A stretch of DNA of 64,000 bases, taken from Candidatus Deferrimicrobiaceae bacterium (GTDB taxonomy: Bacteria > Desulfobacterota > Deferrimicrobia > Deferrimicrobiales > Deferrimicrobiaceae). The position numbers were made by a program, and so were the translations under genes. This document shows positions 22,969 to 33,812 of the stretch, one piece after another. The DNA lies in contig DASXVV010000013.1 of NCBI GenBank assembly GCA_036504035.1, forward strand, positions 13,302 through 77,301, in the 5' to 3' direction. Below the pieces are notes generated by a model, which was not told where the DNA came from, made no database searches, and was given only the letters and a program-made list of their open reading frames with translations. Position 1 is the stretch's first letter. Each line of letters begins with the position of its first letter.

Positions 22969-24587
22969 TCGCGCTGATCGACAACTACGATTCCTTCACC
23001 TACAACCTGGTCCAATATTTCCTCGAGCTGGGCGCGGACGTTCGCGTCTTCCGCAACGACGACGTCACGGTCGGGGAGATCGAGGCGATGCGTCCCGATG
23101 GGTTGGTCATTTCGCCGGGGCCCTGCAATCCCGACCGCGCAGGCATCTCTGTTGCCGCGATCCGGGCCTTCGCCGACCGGATACCGATCCTGGGCGTCTG
23201 CCTCGGACACCAGTGCATCGGGCAGGCCTTCGGCGGCAAAATCGTCCACGCCCAGATGCTCATGCACGGGAAGACGTCGCGCATTCGCCACGATGGCAGC
23301 GGTATTTTCTCGATGGTCGAGAATCCCGTCACCGCGACCCGGTACCACTCCCTGGCGATCGAGCGGGCGACGCTTCCGGCAGAGCTCGAAGTCACGGCCC
23401 AATCCGAGGATGGCGAGATCATGGGGATACGCCACGTGTCCCGCCCGATCTACGGCGTCCAGTTTCACCCCGAGTCGGTGCTCACGCAGTTCGGCATGCG
23501 GATGCTCGAGAACTTCCTTGCCATCATCGACCCCCGGCAGCCGGTCCTCCACGTCTTCGGAAACATCCGGGAGGCCATCGCCTCCGTCGCAGCCGGCAAG
23601 AACCTGACCGCCGACGGGATGCGCGATGCGATGCGGATGATCATGGGAGGCGAGGCGACGCCGGCCCAGGTCGCGGCGTTCCTGTCCTGCCTGTCGATGA
23701 AGGGCGAGACGCCGACCGAGATCGCGGCAGCCGCCGAAGTCATGCGCCAGAAGGCGTCACGGATCACGGGCCCTCCCGGGGAGCCGCTTCTTGACACCTG
23801 CGGCACGGGAGGCGATCGGGCGGGTACCTTCAATATATCAACGACGGTCGCTTTCGTGGCGGCGGGCGCCGGCATCCGAGTGGCCAAGCACGGCAACCGG
23901 TCCGTAACCAGCAAGTCGGGAAGCGCCGACGTCCTCGAAGCACTCGGCATGGACCTCGGCTCCCCGATCGCGCAGGTCCAGCGGGCGCTCGACGAGGCGG
24001 GCATCTCGTTTCTCTTTGCCCCCAAGTTCCACTCCGCCATGAAATATTCGATCGGTCCTCGCAGGGAGATCGCCATCAGGACGATCTTCAATATGCTCGG
24101 CCCCCTGAGCAACCCGGCGGGCGCCGATTGCCAGGTGGTCGGGGTCTACAGCGAAGAGCTGGGTGAAACCTATGCGCGCGTCCTGGCCGAGACCGGCGTG
24201 CGGCGGGCGTTCGTCGTCCACGGGACCGACGGCCTCGACGAGGTCAGCCTCACGGGCACGTCGATCGTTTGGGACGTCAAGGGTTCCTCCTTCAAGCGAT
24301 ACCTGTTCGACCCCCGTTCCGTCGGGATCGAGTACGCACCGGCTCATTCGCTCAAGGGCGGGGACGCTCACGAGAACGCCAGAATCCTGCGCGACATACT
24401 CTCGGGAAACAAGGGCGCGGCGCGCGATGCGGTCCTCGTCAACGCCGCCTTCGCAATCGTCGCCGGCGGGAAGGCCGACGACCTCAAGGAAGGGCTGCGG
24501 GTTGCCGAGCGGTCGATCGACTCCGGCGCCGCCCTGGCCCGCCTCGAGGCGTTTCTCTCGATCCTCGGCCGGAAGGATCCGGCTTGA
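22965..24587 (+). CDS. trpGD: Fused anthranilate synthase component II / anthranilate phosphoribosyltransferase
   Basis: N-terminal glutamine amidotransferase ([19 protein letters not shown]). The C-terminal TrpD part has [18 protein letters not shown] 22965 overlaps the trpE stop (TTGA). Confidence 0.92.
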   Translation: MIALIDNYDSFTYNLVQYFLELGADVRVFRNDDVTVGEIEAMRPDGLVISPGPCNPDRAGISVAAIRAFADRIPILGVCLGHQCIGQAFGGKIVHAQMLMHGKTSRIRHDGSGIFSMVENPVTATRYHSLAIERATLPAELEVTAQSEDGEIMGIRHVSRPIYGVQFHPESVLTQFGMRMLENFLAIIDPRQPVLHVFGNIREAIASVAAGKNLTADGMRDAMRMIMGGEATPAQVAAFLSCLSMKGETPTEIAAAAEVMRQKASRITGPPGEPLLDTCGTGGDRAGTFNISTTVAFVAAGAGIRVAKHGNRSVTSKSGSADVLEALGMDLGSPIAQVQRALDEAGISFLFAPKFHSAMKYSIGPRREIAIRTIFNMLGPLSNPAGADCQVVGVYSEELGETYARVLAETGVRRAFVVHGTDGLDEVSLTGTSIVWDVKGSSFKRYLFDPRSVGIEYAPAHSLKGGDAHENARILRDILSGNKGAARDAVLVNAAFAIVAGGKADDLKEGLRVAERSIDSGAALARLEAFLSILGRKDPA

Positions 24588-25378
24588 ACGTGTCCACGCA
24601 CCTCGACGCCATTGTCGCCGGTGTCCTCGAGGATCTCGAGGGTCGCAAGGCGGCCGTCTCGTTCGAGGCCGTATCGGCCAGGGCGATGGCCAGCACCCGG
24701 CGCAACCGGTTGCGCGAACGGCTTTCGGCCGGGCGCGCCGGAATCATCGCCGAGATCAAGCGCGCGTCGCCTTCCCGGGGCTGGATACGGCCGGATCTCG
24801 ACGCGGTGGCCACCGGTCGCGCCTACGCGGAGGCGGGCGCCAGCGCGATCTCGGTCCTGACCGAGGGGCGGCGGTTCGGCGGCTCCCTTTCCGACCTCGA
24901 GACCGTGAGCGCGGCGGTACCGGATACCCCCGTGCTCCGGAAAGATTTCATGCTCGACGAGTACATGGTCGCCGAGGCGCGTGCCTATGGCGCCGATCTC
25001 GTGTTGCTGATGGTGAGCGTGCTTCGGGAGAGGACCCGCGAGTTGCTGGCGGCGGCATCCCGATACGGCCTCGACGCGCTGGTCGAGGTCCACGACGAGG
25101 ACGAACTCTCGGTCGCCATCGCGGCGGGCGCCGGCATCATCGGGATCAACAACCGGAACCTCAAGACGCTGTCGGTCGATCTCGCGACTTCCGAACGAAT
25201 GCTGCCTCTGATTCCGGAGGGCGTCGTCAAAATCGTCGAGAGCGGCATCGCAACGCCCGAGGAGGTTCGGCGCCTGTCCTCGCTCGGGGCGGATTGCTTC
25301 CTGGTCGGAGAGACGCTGGTGCGATCCGGCGACCCCCGGGAAGGAATCCGGCGGCTGCTGTCGTTGCAGACTCGCTGA
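24584..25378 (+). CDS. trpC: Indole-3-glycerol phosphate synthase
   Basis: [13 protein letters not shown] motif. TTG 24584 overlaps the trpGD stop (TTGA). The upstream part of the 24269 track ORF is alt-frame overlap with trpD. Confidence 0.9.
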   Translation: MNVSTHLDAIVAGVLEDLEGRKAAVSFEAVSARAMASTRRNRLRERLSAGRAGIIAEIKRASPSRGWIRPDLDAVATGRAYAEAGASAISVLTEGRRFGGSLSDLETVSAAVPDTPVLRKDFMLDEYMVAEARAYGADLVLLMVSVLRERTRELLAAASRYGLDALVEVHDEDELSVAIAAGAGIIGINNRNLKTLSVDLATSERMLPLIPEGVVKIVESGIATPEEVRRLSSLGADCFLVGETLVRSGDPREGIRRLLSLQTR

Positions 25379-25419
25379 CCGATCGAAAACCAGCACGCAT
25401 CCCGTCAAGGAGCCGCCCC

Positions 25420-26775
25420 ATGCAGACGAAATTCCTACTGAGCGATTCCCAGATTCCGAAGGCGTGGTACAACGTCGTCGCCGACATGCCCAATCCGCCT
25501 GCGCCCGTCCTCCACCCGGGAACCGGGGCGCCGGTCGGCCCGCAGGACCTGGCCCCCATCTTCCCGATGTCGCTGATCGAGCAGGAAGTGGCCAGGCAAA
25601 GATTCATCCCGATTCCCGATGAAGTTCTGGAACTTTACGCGCTTCACCGTCCATCGCCTCTCTACCGGGCCTATCGTCTCGAAAAGGCGATCGGCACCCG
25701 GTCCCGCATCTTCTACAAGTACGAGGGGAACAACTCTTCCGGCTCCCACAAACTGAACACCGCTATCCCGCAGGCCTATTACAACAAGAAGGCGGGGCGC
25801 ACCCGCATTGCGACCGAGACGGGAGCGGGGCAGTGGGGAAGCGCCATATCGATCGCGGGCGCCTTCTTCGGCCTCGAGGTCAAGGTCTACATGGTCAAGG
25901 TCAGCTACGGCCAGAAGCCCTACCGCCGGATGCTGATGGAAACCTACGGGGCCACCGTCGTTCCTTCTCCCTCCATGGATACGAATACGGGCCGGTCGAT
26001 CCTCGCCGAGGATCCCGACTGCAACGGGTCGCTGGGCATCGCCATCTCCGAGGCGGTCGAGGATGCGGCCATGCGGGAAGATACGAGCTACGCTCTCGGC
26101 TCGGTGCTGAATCACGTCATCCTGCACCAGACCGTCATCGGTCTGGAGGCGAAAGAACAGATGGCGATGACCGGGTACTACCCCGACATTGTCATCGGGT
26201 GCCATGGCGGGGGCAGCAACTTCGGCGGGATCGCGTTCCCGTTCTATGCCGACAAGGCGTCCGGCAAGAATATCCGGCTCGTGGCTGCGGAACCGGCGTC
26301 CTGCCCCACGCTTTCCAAGGGGGTCTACGCGTTCGACTACGGGGATACGGCCAAGCTGACCCCGATCGTCAAGATGTACACCCTGGGCCACAATTTCATG
26401 CCGGCCGGTATCCACGCCGGCGGTCTCCGGTATCACGGCGCCTCCCCGCTGGTCAGCCAGCTTGTCCACGAAGGGGCGATCGAGGCGCAGGCCTACCTTC
26501 AGAATGCCGTCTTCGCAAGCGCGCTCACTTTCGCCCGATCCGAAGGGCTGCTTCCGGCACCCGAATCTTCCCACGCCATCCATGCCGCGGTCGTCGAGGC
26601 CAAACGCGCCGACGAGGAAGGGAAGGAAAAGACGATCCTGTTCAACTTGAGCGGGCACGGCTTTCTCGACCTCTCGGCTTATGACGACTACAACAACGGC
26701 CGACTGGTCGATCACGAGCATTCCGAGGAGAACATTCAGGCCGTGCTCGGGAACCTGCCCGTGGTCAATCTGTAG
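25420..26775 (+). CDS. trpB2: TrpB2-type tryptophan synthase beta-like PLP enzyme
   Basis: 451 aa from ATG 25420, with CAAGGAG RBS. Long N-terminal extension (MQTKFLLSDSQIPKAWYN), PLP Lys in SGSHKLNTA and GCHGGGSNFGG, the hallmarks of the TrpB2 clade. The 24163 track start is a read-through artefact. Confidence 0.85.
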   Translation: MQTKFLLSDSQIPKAWYNVVADMPNPPAPVLHPGTGAPVGPQDLAPIFPMSLIEQEVARQRFIPIPDEVLELYALHRPSPLYRAYRLEKAIGTRSRIFYKYEGNNSSGSHKLNTAIPQAYYNKKAGRTRIATETGAGQWGSAISIAGAFFGLEVKVYMVKVSYGQKPYRRMLMETYGATVVPSPSMDTNTGRSILAEDPDCNGSLGIAISEAVEDAAMREDTSYALGSVLNHVILHQTVIGLEAKEQMAMTGYYPDIVIGCHGGGSNFGGIAFPFYADKASGKNIRLVAAEPASCPTLSKGVYAFDYGDTAKLTPIVKMYTLGHNFMPAGIHAGGLRYHGASPLVSQLVHEGAIEAQAYLQNAVFASALTFARSEGLLPAPESSHAIHAAVVEAKRADEEGKEKTILFNLSGHGFLDLSAYDDYNNGRLVDHEHSEENIQAVLGNLPVVNL

Positions 26776-26804
26776 GCGGAAGCTGCTCATCGGTGGAGGG
26801 TCCC

Positions 26805-27461
26805 ATGTTTCGCGTCAAGATCTGCGGCGTCATGACGCCGGAAGATGCGCGAATGGCCGTCGGTTTCGGGGCTGACGCGATCGGGATCAATTTCTGCCGG
26901 CAATCTCCCCGCTACCTCGATCCCTCCCGGGCCGGAGAGGTCGTCGATACCGTCGGGGACCAGGCGCTCGTGGTCGGGGTCTTCGCCGACGAGAAGCCCG
27001 AAACGGTCGGCAGCATCGCGAAGGCGTTGGGGCTGGGCGCCGTCCAGCTTTGCGGCGACGAGTCGCCCGAGGATGCGGCCCGGGTGCCGGTCCGGGTGCT
27101 GAAAGTCGCGCGCTTCGTGCCCGGGGTCGACCTGGCGGCTGCTTACGGCGGGTACCCGTGCGAGGCGTTGTTGTTCGATGCTCACCGGCCGGGGACCTTC
27201 GGGGGAACCGGGTTGACGCTCGACTGGCCTGCGCTGGGCATGCGTGTCGGGACGTTGCGCCGACCCGACGGAACGCCGATCTGCTGGATGCTGGCCGGTG
27301 GTCTGACGCCCGAGAACGTTCGTGAGGCGATCGTCGCGGCGCGCCCCTTCGGGGTCGACGTGGCCTCCGGCGTCGAGAGTGCCCCGGGGAAGAAAGACCC
27401 AGGCAAAGTCCGGGAATTCATCACGAGAGCCAAGGAAGGATTATTCATTGCCGGGACATGA
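26805..27461 (+). CDS. trpF: Phosphoribosylanthranilate isomerase
   Basis: MFRVKICGV start typical of TrpF. GGTG phosphate-binding segment. GGAGGG RBS before ATG 26805. Confidence 0.88.
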   Translation: MFRVKICGVMTPEDARMAVGFGADAIGINFCRQSPRYLDPSRAGEVVDTVGDQALVVGVFADEKPETVGSIAKALGLGAVQLCGDESPEDAARVPVRVLKVARFVPGVDLAAAYGGYPCEALLFDAHRPGTFGGTGLTLDWPALGMRVGTLRRPDGTPICWMLAGGLTPENVREAIVAARPFGVDVASGVESAPGKKDPGKVREFITRAKEGLFIAGT

Positions 27462-28659
27462 CACGAGCAAATGGCCGGACTCCATGGGCCACTTCGGGCC
27501 CTTCGGGGGCCGTTACGTCGCCGAGACGCTGATGACCGCGTTGGTCGAACTCGAAGCCGGTTACCGGAAGGCCATGCGCGACAAGGGGTTCAAGGCCGAA
27601 CTGGCGCAACTCTCGCGCGATTACGCCGGGCGTCCCACGCCGCTCTATTTCGCCGGCCGCCTTTCCGAGAAGGGGAAGGGCGCCCGGATATTCCTCAAGC
27701 GGGAAGATCTCGCCCACACCGGCTCCCACAAGATCAACAACACGCTCGGGCAAGGCCTGCTCGCCGTACGGATGGGCAAGAAGCGCATCATTGCCGAGAC
27801 TGGGGCTGGGCAGCACGGGGTCGCCACCGCCACGATCTGCGCCAAGCTCGGGCTGTCGTGCGTGGTCTACATGGGCGAGGAGGATGTCCGCCGCCAGGCG
27901 CTCAACGTCTTCCGGATGAAGCTCCTCGGGGCCGAGGTGGTTCCTGTATCCTCCGGAAGCCGGACGCTCAAGGATGCGATGAACGAGGCGCTGCGCGACT
28001 GGGTGACCAACGTCCGCAACACCTATTACATGATCGGGACCACGGCAGGGCCTCACCCCTACCCGGTGATGGTCCGGGAGTTCCAGTCGGTCATCGGCAA
28101 GGAGGCGATCGTCCAGTTCCGCAAGGCGTGCGGCGGACTCCCGTCCGCGATCGTGGCCTGCATCGGCGGCGGCAGCAATGCGATGGGCATCTTCCATGCC
28201 TTCGTTCCCTACGAAAAAGTCCGGCTCATCGGGGTCGAGGCGGGCGGGTTCGGACTGTCGACCGGTCGTCACGGCGCATCGCTTTGCAAAGGAAAGGTGG
28301 GCGTGCTCCACGGGACAAAGTCTTACCTCCTGCAGGACGAAGACGGACAGATAGCAGAGGCCCATTCCATCTCGGCCGGGCTCGATTACCCCGGGGTCGG
28401 ACCGGAGCATGCCTTCCTGAAGAGCACGGGGCGCGCGGAATATCATGCGATCACCGACGCACAGGCGCTCGAAGGATTCGACCTGCTCACCCGGTACGAA
28501 GGGATCATCCCTGCGCTCGAATCCTCCCACGCGGTGGCCTACGGCTACGCGCTGGCCCGGAAGATGCGCAAGGACGAGACGGTCATCATCAACGTCTCGG
28601 GCCGCGGCGACAAGGACACCTCCACCATTCTCGAAGACCGGAAGGGGGTGGTCCGTTGA
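27448..28659 (+). CDS. trpB: Tryptophan synthase beta chain (TrpB1 type)
   Basis: [22 protein letters not shown] (PLP Lys), [11 protein letters not shown] 27448 lies 8 nt after AAGGAAGGA. ATG 27484 is the alternative start. Confidence 0.93.
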   Translation: MPGHDTSKWPDSMGHFGPFGGRYVAETLMTALVELEAGYRKAMRDKGFKAELAQLSRDYAGRPTPLYFAGRLSEKGKGARIFLKREDLAHTGSHKINNTLGQGLLAVRMGKKRIIAETGAGQHGVATATICAKLGLSCVVYMGEEDVRRQALNVFRMKLLGAEVVPVSSGSRTLKDAMNEALRDWVTNVRNTYYMIGTTAGPHPYPVMVREFQSVIGKEAIVQFRKACGGLPSAIVACIGGGSNAMGIFHAFVPYEKVRLIGVEAGGFGLSTGRHGASLCKGKVGVLHGTKSYLLQDEDGQIAEAHSISAGLDYPGVGPEHAFLKSTGRAEYHAITDAQALEGFDLLTRYEGIIPALESSHAVAYGYALARKMRKDETVIINVSGRGDKDTSTILEDRKGVVR

Positions 28660-29453
28660 GCAGCCGGATTTCCGAAACGTTTGCTAGGCTCAAGGCGGGC
28701 GGGGAGAAGGGCCTTGTCGTCTACCTGACCGCGGGCGACCCGACGCCGGCGGCTTCCCTCGAATACCTGAAGGCCGCAGCGGACGCCGGCGCCGACATCC
28801 TCGAGGTGGGCGTCCCCTTCTCCGATCCGACCGCGGACGGGCCGACCATCCAGGCCGCCTCCCAGCGCGCTCTCGAGGGGGGAATGACCGTGCACAGGGT
28901 GCTGGATCTCGTCGCCGGCTTCCGGAAGACCCACAAGACGCCCATCGTGCTGTTCGGTTATTACAACCCGCTGTTCAGGTACGGTATCCCGGCCCTCTGC
29001 CGGGATGCACGGAAGGTCGGCGTCGACGGGATTCTGGTGGTCGACCTCCCGGTCGAGGAGTGGGGCGAGATGGCCCCGCAGGTCAGGGAAGCCGGGCTCG
29101 ACTGGATCCCATTGGCGGCCCCGACGAGCGGAGCGGAGCGGATCCGCCGCATCGCGGAGGCCGGAAGCGGGTTCCTCTACCTCATCAGCGTCACCGGAAT
29201 CACGGGAACGCGCACCGCGCTTCCGCCCGAAGTCGCCTCCTGGACCCGCCAGGTGCGCAGGACAATCCGTCTTCCGTTGGCGGTGGGTTTCGGGATATCC
29301 TCTCCCCAGATGGCGAAGGGCGCCGTCGCGCACGCCGACGCAGCCATCGTCGGCAGCGCGTGCGTGAAAATCGTCGAACGACACGGCGCCAAAGCCGAAG
29401 GGCCTCGGGAACTCCACCGCTTCGTCGCATCGATCAAGAAGGCATTGAGGTAA
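28656..29453 (+). CDS. trpA: Tryptophan synthase alpha chain
   Basis: [15 protein letters not shown] motif. TTG 28656 overlaps the trpB stop (TTGA). Confidence 0.92.
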   Translation: MSSRISETFARLKAGGEKGLVVYLTAGDPTPAASLEYLKAAADAGADILEVGVPFSDPTADGPTIQAASQRALEGGMTVHRVLDLVAGFRKTHKTPIVLFGYYNPLFRYGIPALCRDARKVGVDGILVVDLPVEEWGEMAPQVREAGLDWIPLAAPTSGAERIRRIAEAGSGFLYLISVTGITGTRTALPPEVASWTRQVRRTIRLPLAVGFGISSPQMAKGAVAHADAAIVGSACVKIVERHGAKAEGPRELHRFVASIKKALR

Positions 29454-29458
29454 CCGCC

Positions 29459-30325
29459 ATGGGATTCCTGTTCGGGAAGAAGAAAGTTCAGAACGAAGAG
29501 ACCACCGAAAAGCAGCGTCCCGGAATCCGGTTTCCCGAGGGAATCTGGATCAAGTGCCAGGCCTGCCTTGAAATCATCTATAAGCCAGAAGTCGAGCGCA
29601 ACCTGAACGTCTGTCCCAAGTGCAATTACCATTTCCGCGTTCCCGTGATGGAGCGGATCAAGTCGGTGGCGGACCCCGGCACGTTTTCCGAGTTCGGGGA
29701 CGATTTCGAGTCGGTCGACATGCTCGGGTTTTCAGACAGCAAGAAATACTCCGACCGGCTGAAAGACGCTCGCAAAAAGACCGGTCGCAAGGACGCCGCG
29801 GTTATCGGCACGGCTACCGTGGGCAGCGTCCCCGTGGTGCTGGCGGTCATGGATTTTGAATTCCTGGGCGGATCGATGGGGTCGGTGGTCGGCGAGAAGA
29901 TCGCGGTGGCGGCCGAGAAGGCGCTCGAGCTCGCATGCCCCCTGATCATCTTCAGCGCATCCGGCGGCGCGCGCATGCAGGAAGGCACCCTGTCTCTCAT
30001 GCAGATGGCCAAGTCCAGCGCCGCCTTGGCGCGTCTGGGTGACGCAGGACATCCCTTCATCAGCGTATTGACCGATCCCACGACCGGTGGCGTGGCCGCC
30101 AGCTTTTCCATGCTGGGCGACATCATTATCGCGGAGCCAGGCGCCCTGATCGGCTTCGCCGGGCCCCGGGTGATCGAGCAGACCATCAAGCAGAAGCTCC
30201 CCGAAGGATTCCAGCGGGCCGAGTTCCTGCTCGAGCACGGCATGGTCGACATGATCGTCGAACGGACGCGGCTCAACGGCGTCCTTGCCCAAATTCTCAA
30301 GACTCTGACGGCGCACGCCGGATAA
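29459..30325 (+). CDS. accD: Acetyl-CoA carboxylase carboxyltransferase subunit beta
   Basis: Zinc ribbon CQACLEIIYKPEVERNLNVCPKCNYH and the carboxyltransferase core (MDFEFLGGSMG). Confidence 0.93.
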   Translation: MGFLFGKKKVQNEETTEKQRPGIRFPEGIWIKCQACLEIIYKPEVERNLNVCPKCNYHFRVPVMERIKSVADPGTFSEFGDDFESVDMLGFSDSKKYSDRLKDARKKTGRKDAAVIGTATVGSVPVVLAVMDFEFLGGSMGSVVGEKIAVAAEKALELACPLIIFSASGGARMQEGTLSLMQMAKSSAALARLGDAGHPFISVLTDPTTGGVAASFSMLGDIIIAEPGALIGFAGPRVIEQTIKQKLPEGFQRAEFLLEHGMVDMIVERTRLNGVLAQILKTLTAHAG

Positions 30326-31623
30326 TGACCCGGCACCGGAGACCTCCGGCGCCCGTCGAACGGATTGTCCCGGGACTCGAACGGATTCGCGCCGCGCTGG
30401 CCGAGGCGGGAAATCCCGAACGGACGTTCCAGGCCATTCACGTGGCGGGTACCAACGGCAAGGGCTCCACATCCGTCGTGGCCGCTTCCATCCTCGGGCA
30501 GCTGCCCGGAGCCAGAGTCGGCCTCTATACATCGCCGCACCTTTTATCTCCTACGGAGCGTATCCGGATCGACGGCCACCCGATTCCCGGCCGTGAGCTT
30601 GATCGCCTGATTCGACGTGCGGGCGCGCTATCCGTCGAAACGGGTCCGGGGACAGGGGAGCCGCTTTCCTGGTTCGAACAGATGACCTACGCCGCATTCT
30701 GCTGGTTCGGAAAGAAAAAGGTCCCCCTGGCCGTCCTCGAGACGGGGCTGGGCGGCCGGTGGGATGCGACAACGGCGTGCCGGCCCGTCGTCACGGTCGT
30801 CACGACGATCGGGATCGACCACGTGGCCTGGCTGGGGCATACGATCAAGGCGATCGCCGCCGAAAAAGCGGGCATCTTCAAGCCGGGAGTCCCGGTCGTT
30901 CTGGGGCGGATCGGAAGAGCGGCCCGCGCGGTCCTTTCGGCCAGGGCGCAAGATACCGGCTCTCCCGTTTGGGAGCTTGGTCGCGATTTCGGCCACGAGC
31001 CCGCCGGGCATCGAAAGATTCGCATCCGTCTTCCCGGCCTGTCGATTCCTCCAATATGGCTCAAGCTCGCCGGCGCGTTCCAGTACGACAACGCCGCCGT
31101 CGGATGTGCGGCCGCATGGTGGTACGCCGTGATCGCCGGAATCTCCCCGGACCGGTTTTCGACAGCCGCAGTCAAGGGGCTATCCGAGGTCTCATGGCCA
31201 GGCCGCCTATCGCCGTTGCCCGGAAAAGGCAACCGCGGGACATGGGTCGACGGCGCGCACAACCCCGATGGCGCACGGATGCTCGCCAACGAAATCGTTT
31301 CGGGCGAGGCATTTGCCGGAAAGCGGCCGGTCGTCGCCCTTTGGAGCATGCTGTCCGACAAGGATATCGCCGGGTTCATCCGGCAGATGTCTCCTGCAGT
31401 CGACCACTGGGTCGCCTACCCGCTTCAGCATGACCGCGCTGCGCCACTGACGACGCTCACGGGCGCATGCAGGAGGGTGAGGGCTTCCTTCGAATCGGCT
31501 GTCGATTTCGGCGAGGCATGGCAACTCGCCCGGGCGCGGGCAGGGTCGGAAGGCGTCGTGATCGTATGCGGCTCGCTGGTCGCCGTCGCCGATGCTTATA
31601 GCGAAAGGGTCGGACACCTCTGA
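30325..31623 (+). CDS. folC: Folylpolyglutamate synthase / dihydrofolate synthase
   Basis: Mur-ligase P-loop HVAGTNGKGST. Classic accD-folC adjacency. Confidence 0.88.
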   Translation: MTRHRRPPAPVERIVPGLERIRAALAEAGNPERTFQAIHVAGTNGKGSTSVVAASILGQLPGARVGLYTSPHLLSPTERIRIDGHPIPGRELDRLIRRAGALSVETGPGTGEPLSWFEQMTYAAFCWFGKKKVPLAVLETGLGGRWDATTACRPVVTVVTTIGIDHVAWLGHTIKAIAAEKAGIFKPGVPVVLGRIGRAARAVLSARAQDTGSPVWELGRDFGHEPAGHRKIRIRLPGLSIPPIWLKLAGAFQYDNAAVGCAAAWWYAVIAGISPDRFSTAAVKGLSEVSWPGRLSPLPGKGNRGTWVDGAHNPDGARMLANEIVSGEAFAGKRPVVALWSMLSDKDIAGFIRQMSPAVDHWVAYPLQHDRAAPLTTLTGACRRVRASFESAVDFGEAWQLARARAGSEGVVIVCGSLVAVADAYSERVGHL

Positions 31624-33812
31624 TGCGTTCCGGATTCATCCTGCGAATCCTCGTTGCCTTCCTTTCCGCCTGGATTGCGATCGGCAGCCCTCTCGCGTTT
31701 GCTGCGGGGGGCGACGGAGCCGCGTCATCCGGGCTCTCCGGCTTGAAAGGGATGCTTCTTCCGGGCGCCTCTGGCACGAAGCTGCCGGTGCTGCTCGATG
31801 CCGACACGATGACGTTCGACGAGGATACGGGCGTCGCGATGGCCGAAGGGCACGTCGTCGTGACGATGGGAGACCGGACGATCCGGGCCGACCGGATCCG
31901 ATACGACTCGCGGACCCAGGAGGCCGAGCTCCAGGGAAACGTCAATTTCAAGAGCGAAGGCGACGAATTCTCTTTCCAGCGAATCGTGATCGGCATCGAT
32001 ACCGAGCAGGGCATCCTGTACAACGGATCGATCCACCTTGCGACCAACAACTATCGCGTTTCGAGCGAACGCATCGAAAAGACGGGGCCGCGCACTTATT
32101 TCGTCCGGAAGGGATCGCTGACGACGTGCGATTGCGACCCGACGCCCGACTGGCGGTTCGAGATCGGGCGCTCGAGCGTGACCATCGACGGGTATGCGGT
32201 CGGGAAGGACGTCACATTCAAGATCCGGGACCTCCCCGTGCTCTGGCTTCCCTGGGCCGCGTTCCCGGTCAAGCTGACGCGCCAGACCGGATTCCTGATG
32301 CCCGGCTACGTCCACAGCCGGAAGATCGGCAACGGGATAACGATCCCCTGGTACCAGGTCATCAACCGGTGGAGTGACGCGACGCTCACGATCGACGCCA
32401 TGGACCGCCGCGGGGTGAAGACCGACGGGGAATATCGCTTCGTCCTGAACAAGGCCTCGGAAGGCAAAATCAGGGGGGCGTTCCTCCACGACCGGGAAAC
32501 GGGCAAGGACCTCACCCGGGCGTACGGCGAAAACATCTTCCGGGAAGGAAAATGGACCGCGAACGGGAAGTGGGACATCGCCTCTGATGCCGTCTACTAT
32601 CGCGATTTCGTCGAGGAAGATCTGTTACGGACCGCGCGCCACGTTCCTTCGCGGGGGTTCGTGGGGCGGGACGGGGAATCCTCGAATATATCCTTGTCGT
32701 CGAGTTGGGGGAAGGATATCCAGGAAGTCCAGGGGATCGACAATACCGTCCAGCGGATCCCCGAGCTGTCGGCCACCCTTCTTCCCGAGCGATGGGGGGG
32801 GGCGCTCGCCCTCGACGGGTGGGGAAAAGGGGAGACCGCCTGGCTGTACCGGGCCGGGGGGGAGCGCGAGGGGCGCTTTCACGGATATGGCGAGATCTCG
32901 CGGACCTTCACGCTGCTCCCGTCCGTCTACCTGACCCCCTTCGCAGGGGTGGATACGCTCGAATCGCTTCGATCCGGAGGCGATCCGGGCCCCTCGGGAG
33001 GAAGCGGCGGTCGCGTGCTGCCCACGGCGGGCGCCCAGTTGTCCGTCACGGGCTGGCGTTATTTCGATCGCCCGTCCGGCGCCGCTTTCGTCCACTCGGT
33101 GAACCCTTCCGTGAGATACCGGTGGGTGCCGGCCATATCGCAGTCGGACATCCCGCTGACCGACCAGTGGTCGCGGATCGATGCTCGAAACCAGGCCACT
33201 TTTTCGATCTCTCAGGGTTTGCACCGTCTCGGGGAAGACGGGTCCCCGGCGGAAATTGCCACGCTCGACCTCGAATGGGCATACGATTTCGACTCGATGA
33301 AGAGTTCACAATCCCCTTATGTCGATCCCCTGGCTCCCTTCGTCCGGACGCTTCGCGACCAGATCGACCTTAATTCCGGTCGTTCGCGGGATACCAGCAA
33401 CGCTTCCGATATCCTCGCGCGGCTTCGCATCACGCCCGACGTGCGCTGGAAGGCCACCGGGGAAGTCCTCTTCGATCCGAAAGACCGCCGCCTGACGTCC
33501 ATGTCGCTGGGCGGCGAATGGCGGGTGGATGCGGCCAACCGGGCTTCTCTCAATTACCGGATCTCACGCGATCTGTCCGAGGATGTGCAGGGAGAATACG
33601 CTTGGCGGATGAGCCGCCTGCTGGGCCTTTCCGGGATGGCGAACTATTCCATCAGGAACAAGGAGATGACCGAGGGGGCAGCGACCATCAACGTGTACCC
33701 CCGCAGCGACTGCTGGAACATCGGACTCAGCGTCCATCGGACAACGCGTCCCGCCGATACCAGCATCCGCTTCGGCTTTGCGCTCAAGGGAATCGGAGGG
33801 ATCGGAAAATGA
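31623..33812 (+). CDS. lptD: LPS-assembly outer-membrane protein LptD
   Basis: 729 aa. Signal peptide, an OstA-like N-terminal domain (LDADTMTFDEDTGVAMAEGHVVVTMGDRTIRADRI) and a long beta-barrel-type C-terminal region. Confidence 0.85.
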   Translation: MRSGFILRILVAFLSAWIAIGSPLAFAAGGDGAASSGLSGLKGMLLPGASGTKLPVLLDADTMTFDEDTGVAMAEGHVVVTMGDRTIRADRIRYDSRTQEAELQGNVNFKSEGDEFSFQRIVIGIDTEQGILYNGSIHLATNNYRVSSERIEKTGPRTYFVRKGSLTTCDCDPTPDWRFEIGRSSVTIDGYAVGKDVTFKIRDLPVLWLPWAAFPVKLTRQTGFLMPGYVHSRKIGNGITIPWYQVINRWSDATLTIDAMDRRGVKTDGEYRFVLNKASEGKIRGAFLHDRETGKDLTRAYGENIFREGKWTANGKWDIASDAVYYRDFVEEDLLRTARHVPSRGFVGRDGESSNISLSSSWGKDIQEVQGIDNTVQRIPELSATLLPERWGGALALDGWGKGETAWLYRAGGEREGRFHGYGEISRTFTLLPSVYLTPFAGVDTLESLRSGGDPGPSGGSGGRVLPTAGAQLSVTGWRYFDRPSGAAFVHSVNPSVRYRWVPAISQSDIPLTDQWSRIDARNQATFSISQGLHRLGEDGSPAEIATLDLEWAYDFDSMKSSQSPYVDPLAPFVRTLRDQIDLNSGRSRDTSNASDILARLRITPDVRWKATGEVLFDPKDRRLTSMSLGGEWRVDAANRASLNYRISRDLSEDVQGEYAWRMSRLLGLSGMANYSIRNKEMTEGAATINVYPRSDCWNIGLSVHRTTRPADTSIRFGFALKGIGGIGK

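Noticed and set aside
24163-25419. N-terminal 419 residues of the 870-aa track ORF that ends as TrpB2
   Set aside because: This part overlaps trpD and trpC in another frame and is R/G/P-rich. A CAAGGAG RBS and ATG at 25420 give a full-length TrpB2. Similar read-through extensions were trimmed for trpA (27471), accD (29060), rfbD (33518), pyrC (39717), the oxidoreductase alpha and beta subunits (53700, 54488), meaB (57780) and the receiver protein (61986).
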